Source: an uncultured Bacilli bacterium
GTDB lineage: Bacteria > Bacillota_I > Bacilli_A > RF39 > UBA660
Assembly (NCBI GenBank): GCA_934183155.1
Contig: CAKPSB010000006.1
Span: forward strand, 25,097-89,096
Direction: 5' to 3'
DNA: 64,000 bases
Each line of letters begins with the position of its first letter. Position 1 is the first letter of the stretch. Below the pieces are notes generated by a model. The model did no database searches. It saw only the letters and a program-made list of their open reading frames with translations, and was not told where the DNA came from. Below are positions 25,319-35,386 of the stretch, one piece after another. Position numbers and translations under genes: made by a program.

Positions 25319-27907
25319 ATGGAAAATAAACATATTGATGATGAAATTTTAAGTGAATATAGAAAAATTAGTTCTTTGACTAATGATAAACTTTTTAATA
25401 ATTTTAAAAGTAAGGAAGATGGTCTTTCTAATAATGAGGCTAATTATCGCTTAAAAGTTTATGGAAAAAACGTTATAAAAGATGAAAAAATTAAAAAATG
25501 GTATGATTTTTTATTTGATTCTTGTAAGGATCCCTTTATTTATATTTTAACTGTTTTAGCTATTATTGACTTGATTTTAGGTGATGTACTTGGTGCCTTA
25601 ATTATATTTGTTTTAGCTTCAATTAGTATTATTATTAGGCTTGTTCAAGATTATTCAGCTTATAAATTTGATAGAAAATTAAGAAATAGACTTTTTACTA
25701 AAGCTAATGTATTAAGAGATAATAAAAATGTGGAAATTAAAACTTCTAACTTGGTTGTTGGGGATATTGTGCAATTAAATGCTGGAGCAATTATTCCCGC
25801 TGATATAGTTTTACTATCTTCAAATGATTTATTTATTAATCAATCTGTTTTTACTGGTGAGAGTGTACCTACTGAGAAAAAATCAGGTGAATGTGATATT
25901 AAGTCTTTACTAACGGCGGATAATATTTGCTTAATGAACTGCTGCGTTGTTAGTGGTAGTGCGACTGGTTTAGTAATTGAAACAGGAAAGAACACTTATA
26001 TTGGACGAATTTCAAAGGAAATGGGGGAAAAAGCTCCACTTACTAATTTTCAAGTTGGTATGCAGGCAGTAAGCAAAACTTTAATTACTTATATGGTGGT
26101 AATTACTATTGCGGTATTTATTTTAAATTCTTTATTACATCGTGATTTACTTCAAGCGTTGCTTTTTTCTATATCAGTAGCAGTTGGTATAACTCCGGGT
26201 ATGCTTCCTATGATTGTTAATGTTAATCTTTCGAAGGGTACTAAGACGCTTGCTAAAAAAAGAACTTTAGTAAAGCGGATTGAAGCTATTGAAAATTTAG
26301 GTGCTATTGATATTCTTTGTACTGATAAAACAGGAACTCTTACTCAAAATCAAATTACCTTACAATATTATAGAAATGTAAATGGTAAGGAGGATGAGAC
26401 AATTTTAAAATATGCTTATCTTAACAGTTTATATTCTACTGGTATTAAAAATATTATTGATAGAGCTATTATGAGTTATGCGACTAGTCATGATGTTAAA
26501 AACAAGGTATCACACTATAAGAAAATTGACGAGATTCCATTTGATTATAATAGACGTTTGGCTAGTGTTGTTGTTAAAAATGGGGAAAAGGTAAGAATAC
26601 TTACTAAAGGAGCTTTAACTGAAGTTTTAAAAAAATGTACTAAAGTTAAATATCAAAATAAAGTTATGGATATTAATAGTGACTTAATTTATAAAATTAA
26701 AGCGGATGTTCAAAAGTTAATATCTGATGGTATGCAAGTAATTGCCCTTGCTGAAAAAGAGGATTATAGTGGTGTTAATAATTTTAGTGTTAAAGATGAA
26801 TGTGATTTAATATTTATTGGCTATGTTGCTTTTTTAGACCCTCCTAAAAAAGAAGTTAAAACTGTTTTAAAAAAATTACTTTCAGTTGGTGTTCATACTA
26901 AAATTTTAACTGGGGATAATCCCGAAGCTACTAAAGTAATATGTAAAGAGGCTGGATTAAATATTAATGAGGTTTTGATTGGTGAAGATGTTGATAAATT
27001 AACTGATAAAGAGCTTGCTAAAAAGGTTGAAATTTCAGATATATTTGCTAGACTTACACCTTTACAAAAACAAAGAATCGTAGATACTTTAAAAAGAAAT
27101 GGCCACGTTGTCGGATATATGGGAGATGGGGTTAATGATGCCCCTTCACTAATACAAGCGGATGTTGGAATTAGTGTTGATTCGGCTACTGATATTGCTA
27201 AAGAATCTAGTGATATTATTTTACTTGAAAAAAGTTTAAAAGTTGTCTATGATGGTGTTTTAGAAGGTAGAAGAGTATATGGTAATATCATGAAGTATAT
27301 GAAAATGGCTTTATCAGCTTCATTTGGCGATGTGTTTAGTGTCTTTTTGGCTAGTATTTGTTTGCCATTTTTACCAATGATTCCGATTCAATTTTTGCTT
27401 CAGGATTTACTTTATGACACTTCTCAAATAGCTATTCCTTTTGATAATGTTGATGAAGATTTTTTAATTAAACCTCACAAATGGGATACAAGTGATTTAA
27501 AAGATTTTATGAATGTTATGGGAATTACTGCTTCAGTTATTGATTTGATTGCTTTTGCAGTATTCTGGTTCTTGCTTGGATATAATACGGTGGAAAAAAC
27601 AGTTGCCTTCCAAACAGCTTGGTTTATTGAAGGTGTTATTTCTCAAACAATGATTGTTCATTTTATTAGAACAGAGAAAATTCCTTTTGTTGAATCAATT
27701 GCAAATAAATGGTTACTTCTTTCAACATCACTTTGTATTATTGCTTCAATGATTTTACCTTTGCTACTAAAGGGTGTTAAAGATTTTCATTTTACAGCTT
27801 TACCTTTTGCGTTTTATATGTATGTAATTATTTTAATGATTTTGTATGCTATATTAACAGAATTTGTGAAACATTATTACATAAAAAAACATCACAGATG
27901 GTTATAA
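25319..27907 (+). CDS. mgtA: Mg2+-importing P-type ATPase (MgtA-like, P3B)
   Basis: 862 aa. Phosphorylation site ICTDKTGTLT. TGES-type actuator motif (TGESVP). Hinge MTGDGVNDAPSL. 10 TMs. No M-box-like leader seen upstream. Confidence 0.85.
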   Translation: MENKHIDDEILSEYRKISSLTNDKLFNNFKSKEDGLSNNEANYRLKVYGKNVIKDEKIKKWYDFLFDSCKDPFIYILTVLAIIDLILGDVLGALIIFVLASISIIIRLVQDYSAYKFDRKLRNRLFTKANVLRDNKNVEIKTSNLVVGDIVQLNAGAIIPADIVLLSSNDLFINQSVFTGESVPTEKKSGECDIKSLLTADNICLMNCCVVSGSATGLVIETGKNTYIGRISKEMGEKAPLTNFQVGMQAVSKTLITYMVVITIAVFILNSLLHRDLLQALLFSISVAVGITPGMLPMIVNVNLSKGTKTLAKKRTLVKRIEAIENLGAIDILCTDKTGTLTQNQITLQYYRNVNGKEDETILKYAYLNSLYSTGIKNIIDRAIMSYATSHDVKNKVSHYKKIDEIPFDYNRRLASVVVKNGEKVRILTKGALTEVLKKCTKVKYQNKVMDINSDLIYKIKADVQKLISDGMQVIALAEKEDYSGVNNFSVKDECDLIFIGYVAFLDPPKKEVKTVLKKLLSVGVHTKILTGDNPEATKVICKEAGLNINEVLIGEDVDKLTDKELAKKVEISDIFARLTPLQKQRIVDTLKRNGHVVGYMGDGVNDAPSLIQADVGISVDSATDIAKESSDIILLEKSLKVVYDGVLEGRRVYGNIMKYMKMALSASFGDVFSVFLASICLPFLPMIPIQFLLQDLLYDTSQIAIPFDNVDEDFLIKPHKWDTSDLKDFMNVMGITASVIDLIAFAVFWFLLGYNTVEKTVAFQTAWFIEGVISQTMIVHFIRTEKIPFVESIANKWLLLSTSLCIIASMILPLLLKGVKDFHFTALPFAFYMYVIILMILYAILTEFVKHYYIKKHHRWL

Positions 27908-28100
27908 GTATAGGCTTTGGCTTATGCTTTTTTTGTTTTTAAATATTTTAATTGTTTTTCCTTATACTTTTTTTAACTTGCTACTCATATGAATTTTTCA
28001 ATATTGATGGGCTGATTTTCAATTTAAGTTAACAATTTTTAAATTAGTTTCTTTTTAACTGAAAATATAGTATAATACCTATGGAAAAACGGGTGATTTT

Positions 28101-28664
28101 ATGAAGTTAATTGTTGGCTTGGGTAATCCTGGCAAAGAGTATGAAAACACAAGACATAATGCAGGTTTTAAGTTTATTGATAAATACGCTAAATATAAAA
28201 ATTTAACTTTTAATAAAGAAAAATTTGGTGGCCTATATACAGAGTTTATGAATAATGGTGAAAAAATTATCTTGTTAAAACCGCAAAAATTTATGAATTT
28301 ATCAGGTGAGGTTGTTTTTGAATTTTATAAATTTTATAAAATCAATGTTAATGATATATTGATTATATGTGATGATTTAGATACACCTCTTGGAAAATTA
28401 AAATTAAAATACAAAGGTTCTCCAGCTGGTCATAATGGCCTTAAAAATATTGAAAATCATCTTAAAACAAATGAATATAAGAGAATTAAAATAGGAATTT
28501 CAGAGGTTTCTGGAGATGATAGAATAGATTACGTTATTGGCAAAATGCCTAAAGAGGAACTTAATGTTTTAGAAAAGGTTACTGATAGATCACCAGAGAT
28601 ACTTGATGATTATTTGAATATGTCATTTGATAATTTAATGAATAAATATAATCAAAGGGGGTAG
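28101..28664 (+). CDS. pth: Peptidyl-tRNA hydrolase
   Basis: MKLIVGLGNPG...TRHNAGF Pth signature, 187 aa. Confidence 0.9.
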   Translation: MKLIVGLGNPGKEYENTRHNAGFKFIDKYAKYKNLTFNKEKFGGLYTEFMNNGEKIILLKPQKFMNLSGEVVFEFYKFYKINVNDILIICDDLDTPLGKLKLKYKGSPAGHNGLKNIENHLKTNEYKRIKIGISEVSGDDRIDYVIGKMPKEELNVLEKVTDRSPEILDDYLNMSFDNLMNKYNQRG

Positions 28665-28669
28665 TTACT

Positions 28670-31600
28670 TTGAGTTTTTTGGATAATATATTTAAAAAAG
28701 ATGCTCATGAGATAGTTGGCTTGAATAATGAATTAAAAAGCATATATATTTATAATAAGTTTAAAACTAAAAATAAATCAATACTTTTAGTTACTTCTAA
28801 TTTACATGAGGCTGAACAACTATATAGTAGCCTTACTCACCATACTGATAAAGTATGGCTTTTTCCGATGGATGATTTTATTACTTCAGTAGCGGTTGCG
28901 ACTTCTCCAGAATTAAAAGTTACTAGATTAGAAACTTTAAATAATATTATTAATGAAGATAAAGTAATTGTTATTACTAATCTTATGGGATATTTAAGAT
29001 ATTTACCTAGTAAGGATTTATTTAAAGAAAGTCATATTACTTTAAAAAAGAAAGAGGTATACAATATTGACAATATTGTGGAAAAGTTATTTTCTTTGGG
29101 TTACAAAAGAGAAGTTACAGTTAATATGACTGGAGAAATTGCGACTAGAGGATTTGTTTTAGATATATTTCCAATTAATTGTGATAATCCTGTCCGTATT
29201 GAATTTTGGGGAGATGAGATTGATAGTATTAAGTCCTTCAATGTTGATACCCAAATGACTACTGATAAATTGGAACAAATAACAATTAATCCTAATACGG
29301 AAACTTTATTTAAAAATCATAAATTTGGCGCAGCTCACGATGAGTTAAAAAACGAAGATGGAACTGTTAATATTGCTGGTTATTTGAATAATCCTCAGAT
29401 AATTTTTAATAATTATCAAGCTTTATATGCAAATTATGCTTTACTTGTTGATGAGATTACTAATTATAATAAGGGAATAGAGAAAAACATAAAATATATG
29501 TTTAATCTTGATGAACTATTACCAAGTGATTTAATAGTTTTTGAAGAGTTGGATGAACTATCTTTGAATATTAAAGATAGGTTAATATATAAAAAGGTGA
29601 ATGTTGAGTTTTTTCCAAAGGACTCAAAAGATATAAATAAACGATTAAATGAATATTTAAAACTTAGAAAAACAGTTATTATTTGTTTATCTACTAGGTA
29701 CCAAGTTAATCATTTAATAGAATTTTTAGGTAATGATAAGGTAACTTATACGAATGAAGATAACATTTTTTCTGATAGAATAAATGTTATTGTTAAAAAC
29801 TTAAATGATGGTTTTCAAACAGAAGAATATGTTGTAATTACTGAGTCTGAACTTTATGGTAAAAAAAGTGAAAGCAATTATAAAACTAAATTTAAATATG
29901 GTACTAGAATAAAAGATATAACTAAATTAAACATTGGTGATTTTGTTGTTCATGGTTCTTATGGTATTGGTAGATATGTTGGGCTTAAAACTATTGTTAA
30001 AAATGGACTAAAAAAAGATTATTTAACGATTGTTTATCGTGATGAAGATAAATTATATATTCCTGTTGAGAAGATAGATTTAATTACTAAATATTCATCT
30101 GGTGATGGAATGCAGCCAAAATTAAGTAAACTTGGAAGTTCTGATTGGCAGAAAACAAAAGCTAGAGCTAGAAAACATGCGGAAGATATTGCTGAAGATT
30201 TACTTAAAGTTTATGCAATTAGAGAATCAAAGAAAGGATTTGCTTTTGATAAGGATGGGAAAGAACAAATAGAATTTGAGAAAGAATTTAAGTATACAGA
30301 GACAGCTGACCAGCTTAGGGTAACAGAAGAGATAAAAAAAGAGATGGAATCTGATAAGCCGATGGACAGATTGCTTTGTGGCGATGTTGGCTATGGTAAA
30401 ACAGAAGTTGCTTTTAGGGCGATATTTAAGGCAATTATTTCTGGCAAACAAGCCGCTATTTTATGTCCTACAACAATTCTTTCTAATCAACATTATAAAA
30501 ATGCTTTAGAACGTTTTAAAAATTTTCCTGTGGATATTGCTCTTTTAAACCGATTTGTTTCTAAAAAAGATATTGGTGAAACTTTAGATAAGCTTAAAAA
30601 AGGGCAAATTGATTTATTGATTGGAACTCACAGAATATTAAGCGATGATGTGGAGTTTAAAAATTTGGGTTTGCTTGTTATTGATGAGGAACAAAGATTT
30701 GGGGTAAAACATAAAGAAAAAATTAAAAAATATAAAAATAATATTGATGTTTTAACTTTATCGGCAACCCCTATTCCAAGAACATTACAAATGTCAATGG
30801 CTGGTATTAGGAGTTTATCTTTGATTGAAACGCCTCCTAAGGATCGATATCCAATTCAGACATATGTTCTTCCAGAAAATGCTCAAATAATTAAAGATGC
30901 TGTTTTAAAAGAATTAGCTAGAGGCGGACAAACTTTTATTTTATATAATAATGTACAAAATATTGAAAGTAAAAAAGTTGAACTTGAAAGATTAATTCCT
31001 ACGGCTAAAATTGGGGTGGCTCATGGTCAAATGACTAAGGATAAACTTGAAATGGTCATGCTTGATTTTATAGATAAAAAATATGATGTGCTTTTATGCA
31101 CTACTATTATAGAGACTGGTATAGATATTGAATCGGCTAATACTTTAATTATTATTGATGCAGATCATTTTGGATTGTCACAACTTTATCAAATTAGGGG
31201 ACGTATTGGTAGAAGTAATAAAATTGCATATTGCTTTTTGATGTATGATAATAAGAAAATATTATCGGAAATAGCTACTAAGAGGTTAAAAGTTATTAAA
31301 GATTTTACAGAACTTGGTAGTGGATTTGCAATTGCAATGCGTGATTTATCAATAAGAGGAGCTGGAGATTTACTTGGTAGTGAACAAGCTGGATTTATTG
31401 ATAGTATTGGTGTTGAATTGTTTATGCAGATGGTTAATGAAGAAATTAACAAGCTACAAGGTAAAGAAATTATACCGGAAGATACTAATAATAAATTACC
31501 TCTTATCGATGTTGAAACTTCTATTGATGACAATTATGTTAGTGATGAAGAGTTAAAAATTGAAATACACAAGAAAATTGCTTCTATTTCTTCCTATGAA

Positions 31601-31957
31601 TCTTTGAAAAACGTTAAAAATGAACTTGAAGATAGGTTTGGAAAGTTATCTGATGATTTAATTATTTATATGCATGAAGAATTATTTGAAAGAATGGCTG
31701 ATAAGATTAATATTAGAAAAATTAAACAAACTAAAAATTCAGTTGAAATTATGCTTGATAAATCATTAACTAATAGTTTAGATGGAGAAAAATTATTTTA
31801 TGAAGTTTCTATGTTATCACGAATGTTTAGATTTAGTATGAATTCTGGCAATTTGACAATTACTTTAGATACTGTTAAGCTAGATAAACATTTTATTTAT
31901 TATTTGCTTGATTTACTTAAGATTATTGATAAATGTAGAAAGAAGGAGATAAAGTGA
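28670..31957 (+). CDS. mfd: Transcription-repair coupling factor Mfd
   Basis: 1095 aa. UvrB-homology N-terminus, RNAP-interaction domain, DExH helicase motifs (GDVGYGKTEVA, DEEQRFG), TRG motif. pth-mfd adjacency as in Bacilli. TTG start with AAGGGGG RBS. Confidence 0.95.
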   Translation: MSFLDNIFKKDAHEIVGLNNELKSIYIYNKFKTKNKSILLVTSNLHEAEQLYSSLTHHTDKVWLFPMDDFITSVAVATSPELKVTRLETLNNIINEDKVIVITNLMGYLRYLPSKDLFKESHITLKKKEVYNIDNIVEKLFSLGYKREVTVNMTGEIATRGFVLDIFPINCDNPVRIEFWGDEIDSIKSFNVDTQMTTDKLEQITINPNTETLFKNHKFGAAHDELKNEDGTVNIAGYLNNPQIIFNNYQALYANYALLVDEITNYNKGIEKNIKYMFNLDELLPSDLIVFEELDELSLNIKDRLIYKKVNVEFFPKDSKDINKRLNEYLKLRKTVIICLSTRYQVNHLIEFLGNDKVTYTNEDNIFSDRINVIVKNLNDGFQTEEYVVITESELYGKKSESNYKTKFKYGTRIKDITKLNIGDFVVHGSYGIGRYVGLKTIVKNGLKKDYLTIVYRDEDKLYIPVEKIDLITKYSSGDGMQPKLSKLGSSDWQKTKARARKHAEDIAEDLLKVYAIRESKKGFAFDKDGKEQIEFEKEFKYTETADQLRVTEEIKKEMESDKPMDRLLCGDVGYGKTEVAFRAIFKAIISGKQAAILCPTTILSNQHYKNALERFKNFPVDIALLNRFVSKKDIGETLDKLKKGQIDLLIGTHRILSDDVEFKNLGLLVIDEEQRFGVKHKEKIKKYKNNIDVLTLSATPIPRTLQMSMAGIRSLSLIETPPKDRYPIQTYVLPENAQIIKDAVLKELARGGQTFILYNNVQNIESKKVELERLIPTAKIGVAHGQMTKDKLEMVMLDFIDKKYDVLLCTTIIETGIDIESANTLIIIDADHFGLSQLYQIRGRIGRSNKIAYCFLMYDNKKILSEIATKRLKVIKDFTELGSGFAIAMRDLSIRGAGDLLGSEQAGFIDSIGVELFMQMVNEEINKLQGKEIIPEDTNNKLPLIDVETSIDDNYVSDEELKIEIHKKIASISSYESLKNVKNELEDRFGKLSDDLIIYMHEELFERMADKINIRKIKQTKNSVEIMLDKSLTNSLDGEKLFYEVSMLSRMFRFSMNSGNLTITLDTVKLDKHFIYYLLDLLKIIDKCRKKEIK

Positions 31958-32250
31958 CTTTTCCTAAATATAGTAAAGAAAATGAAATCGATTTAAATAA
32001 GGTTATAAAAGTTAAATATAAAAACTGTCAGCCTTATAAAAAAATGAAATTATTTACGAATGATATTAAATTGGCTTTAATTTCTTCTTCTTCATTTTTA
32101 TTACTTTCTCAAGTTCAACCTGAATTTGCTACTACTTATTATGTAATTGCTGGCAGTCTTCTTATTTATTCTTTTGCCAATCTTTATTCACATAAGGCAA
32201 ACAACAATAAGATTAAAAAAATAAATAAAAAAAAATTCACTATTAAATGA
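31954..32250 (+). CDS. Hypothetical small membrane protein
   Basis: 98 aa, overlaps mfd stop by 4 nt, two hydrophobic segments, Lys-rich tail. Confidence 0.3.
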   Translation: MTFPKYSKENEIDLNKVIKVKYKNCQPYKKMKLFTNDIKLALISSSSFLLLSQVQPEFATTYYVIAGSLLIYSFANLYSHKANNNKIKKINKKKFTIK

Positions 32251-32278
32251 GGATTAATAAATATATTTGAAAATAGAT

Positions 32279-32312
32279 AAAGGAACTGTTTTTTGGCAGT
32301 TCCTTTTATATT
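32279..32312. terminator. Bidirectional hairpin terminator between convergent mfd-side and addA transcripts
   Basis: AAAGGAACTG/CAGTTCCTTT 10-bp stem, T-rich on plus side. addA stop lies in the 3-prime arm. Confidence 0.5.
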
Positions 32313-35300
32313 TTGGTAAATTTTTCATCTAATATTGAATATAAATATATTTTTGTTTCTTTATTTGTTATATTTTCTATATACTTTTTATAGCCTTGTA
32401 GTTGTTTTAAATATTCTTTGTCTTCGGTATGTTTAAGTTTATAATCAACTATTATATTTTCTTTTTCTTTTATTAAAAGCAAATCTATTATTCCGTGATA
32501 TTCTTTTTCGTCAGTATAAATAAACTCATATTCTTTATATATTTCAAGGGCGTTTTTTAAAATGCCGCTATTTATAAATGCCATTACTTTTTCTTTTTCA
32601 AAGTTGTTTAATGAGGATACGTTTGGATTAGAAAAATCTATGTTTTCAAATATACTGTGCATTCTAAGACCCAATTCAATATTTGCTTTTTCTTCTTTGG
32701 TATATAGCTTATGAGTTACTTTAGAGAAATGTGATTTATTTATTATCTGTTTTTCAATATTGATTTCCTTAACATCTAATTTTTTATTTGTTTTAGAAAT
32801 ATAGTTGCTTGTTTTTGATAAATTGTAATTTTTTGTTAAATCTATTTTAGTTAAATCTATTTTTACTATATATTTTTCAAGTGATTTATAAATTGAATTT
32901 AAAATATCTTGAAATGATTTGTATTTCAATCTAGTATAGTTTAATACTATACCTTCCTGTTTTTCTGTTAATTCCTCTTGCATGTTTGTTATTAAAATCA
33001 TTTTTTCTCTGGCTCTTGTTAAAGCAACATAAAAAAGTCTTATTCTTTCAGATATTTCTTCTTGCATATAATTATTTTTTAATAAGGTTTTTAAAATTGT
33101 TGTTTTTGGTGTTTCCTCAAAATATGGTGAAATTATTCCATACTTTTCTGAAAAATAAAATAGGCTTTTTAAATCTGCATCATTAAAATTTTTAGATAGA
33201 CCACTAAAATAGCATATTGGAAATTCTAGCCCTTTTGAAGCATGAATTGTCATTATTTTAACTGAATTAGATTCTTCTTTATTTAAGGATAATTTTATAT
33301 CAAGACCTGTTTCTAATACTTCTGATAGATAGTTATAAAAATCAATTGGTTGATAGGCTAATTTATCACAGTCTTTAGCTATTTTTAATAGTGAATCTAT
33401 AACGGTTGTTCGTTGATTAATATTTCCTACTTTAAGCATTTTCATATATATATCAAATGTATCAATTATTTCGTATAATAACATCTCATTGGTTTTTGTT
33501 TTTATATTTTCTTTTAATTTGTTGCATTTTTGACAGATAATATTATCTTCAAAATTACCATTTATTATTTCAAATATTTCATTATCCTTTATTTCAAACA
33601 AATAACTTCTTGCTAAGGATACAAATGAATATTTGAATTTTTCGTCTTTTTTGTTAGATAAAATTAAGTTATATATATGTTTAAATAAAATGATTTCATC
33701 TGAATTGTTAATGGCTTTATCTCGATATATGGTTATAGGGATGTTTAAGTATTCAAATATTTTTTTATATAGTTCAAAAGATGTAGAACGGTCTATTAGT
33801 ATAGCTATATCTTTATAATTAAGTTTATTTTTATTTCCTGTTTCTTTATCCATTATTTCATAATTATTTATTTTCTTTTTTATGTCACTAGCGATAGTAA
33901 ATATTTCTATTTCCTCTTTTGAAAATTGGCTTCCTTTAGCCACTTCATAATTTAATATTTCCATGTTATAATTTTCTTTGTTTATTTTATTATATGAAGT
34001 ATTACCAAATATCATTTGATGAGATGTCTGATAATCAGCACCACCTATATCAAAGTCCATTATTTGATTAAACATTTTATTTATATTATCTAAGACTTCA
34101 TTTCTTGAACGGAAATTTTTATTTAAATCTATTTTTATACCGCCTATATTTTTTGAGTAATTTTCGTATTTATTTTTAAAAAGTAGGGGATTTGTGTGTC
34201 TAAAACGATATATTGATTGCTTTATATCGCCGACCATATATATGTTGTTTTTTTCAATATATGATATAAATTTTTCTTGAATATCATTTGTATCTTGATA
34301 TTCATCAATAAGAATTTCAGAATATTTTTCCTTTAAACTATTTGCTATTGATTTGTTTTCTTTTAATAAATTTATGGCCATTCGTGATATATCAGTAAAT
34401 TCAAAAGTATTTTTTTCATTTTTGAATTTTAATACTTCTTCATCTAATTTTAAAATTATTTTAACTATTATATCAACATAATCTTTTGTTTGGTATAAGC
34501 TTTTTTTTATGCTTTCTTCATCTTGATAGCAAAAAAGTTTTTGAAGTTCTTTGATGGTAGAAGTTAATTGTTTTTTTATTTGTTTGGCTTCTTCCTCACT
34601 ATTTTTTGGTAAACTTGGAAGACGATCGGGAAAATTGATTTTTATATCATCATATTTTTCAGATGTTAGTATCATATTTAGCGAGGTGGTTAATTTATTT
34701 ATATAGTTTTCTTCAGTATAAAAACTTAGTGAGTGTATTAGTTCTTTAATTTCATGTTTTTTTTCGTTTATAAGTTTGTAATATTCTTCTAAATAATAAT
34801 TTATTTTTTCAACACTATAATACTGATTAAGGTAGTTTTCTAAAAACTCTTTTTTATTATATAAATTATCTAATGAACTGTTTAGATGCATTATATTATT
34901 CTTAATTGTTTGATCATCTTTTAAGGTGAATTTTTCAATAAGATTTAAAAAATCTTTGTTTTCTTCTTGATAATATTTATCAAATATTTTATCTAAAATA
35001 TGTTTTTTTTGTAATTTTATAATGCTTTCGCTGACGATGGAAATATCAGGTGATATGTTCAGCAAATGACTATATTTTTTTACTAATGAAAGGGCGTAAG
35101 CGTCAAATGTTGTTATATCTGCTATATCAACTTTAGGCAATTCACTTTGTAAATTTTCTTTTATTATTTTATTTTTTATACGTTGTTTCATTTCAGCAGC
35201 GGCGGCATTTGTAAAGGTTAAGATGAGTAGGGTATCTAATGATATTCCTTGTTTTAATTTAGTTATTACACGCTCTGATAAAACAGCTGTTTTTCCTGAC

Positions 35301-35386
35301 CCAGCTCCTGCTGAAACGATGATATTTTGACCTGTCTTATTGATAGCTTCTGTTTGTTCTTTAGTCCAATTTGGCATTTTCTTCAC
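32306..35386 (-). CDS. addA: ATP-dependent helicase/nuclease subunit A (AddA/RexA, UvrD-like + PD-(D/E)xK)
   Basis: 1026 aa. UvrD Walker A AGAGSGKTAVLSERV, helicase motifs (DEYQDTN, TIHASKGLEFP). C-terminal RecB-type nuclease motif GIIDLLLIKE...DYK. Confidence 0.8.
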   Translation of the reverse strand: MKKMPNWTKEQTEAINKTGQNIIVSAGAGSGKTAVLSERVITKLKQGISLDTLLILTFTNAAAAEMKQRIKNKIIKENLQSELPKVDIADITTFDAYALSLVKKYSHLLNISPDISIVSESIIKLQKKHILDKIFDKYYQEENKDFLNLIEKFTLKDDQTIKNNIMHLNSSLDNLYNKKEFLENYLNQYYSVEKINYYLEEYYKLINEKKHEIKELIHSLSFYTEENYINKLTTSLNMILTSEKYDDIKINFPDRLPSLPKNSEEEAKQIKKQLTSTIKELQKLFCYQDEESIKKSLYQTKDYVDIIVKIILKLDEEVLKFKNEKNTFEFTDISRMAINLLKENKSIANSLKEKYSEILIDEYQDTNDIQEKFISYIEKNNIYMVGDIKQSIYRFRHTNPLLFKNKYENYSKNIGGIKIDLNKNFRSRNEVLDNINKMFNQIMDFDIGGADYQTSHQMIFGNTSYNKINKENYNMEILNYEVAKGSQFSKEEIEIFTIASDIKKKINNYEIMDKETGNKNKLNYKDIAILIDRSTSFELYKKIFEYLNIPITIYRDKAINNSDEIILFKHIYNLILSNKKDEKFKYSFVSLARSYLFEIKDNEIFEIINGNFEDNIICQKCNKLKENIKTKTNEMLLYEIIDTFDIYMKMLKVGNINQRTTVIDSLLKIAKDCDKLAYQPIDFYNYLSEVLETGLDIKLSLNKEESNSVKIMTIHASKGLEFPICYFSGLSKNFNDADLKSLFYFSEKYGIISPYFEETPKTTILKTLLKNNYMQEEISERIRLFYVALTRAREKMILITNMQEELTEKQEGIVLNYTRLKYKSFQDILNSIYKSLEKYIVKIDLTKIDLTKNYNLSKTSNYISKTNKKLDVKEINIEKQIINKSHFSKVTHKLYTKEEKANIELGLRMHSIFENIDFSNPNVSSLNNFEKEKVMAFINSGILKNALEIYKEYEFIYTDEKEYHGIIDLLLIKEKENIIVDYKLKHTEDKEYLKQLQGYKKYIENITNKETKIYLYSILDEKFTKI

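Noticed and set aside
27908-28100. Possible terminator or small RNA between mgtA and pth
   Set aside because: GGCTTTGGCTTATGC followed by a T-run looked terminator-like, but the flanks are not convincingly complementary. Left unannotated.
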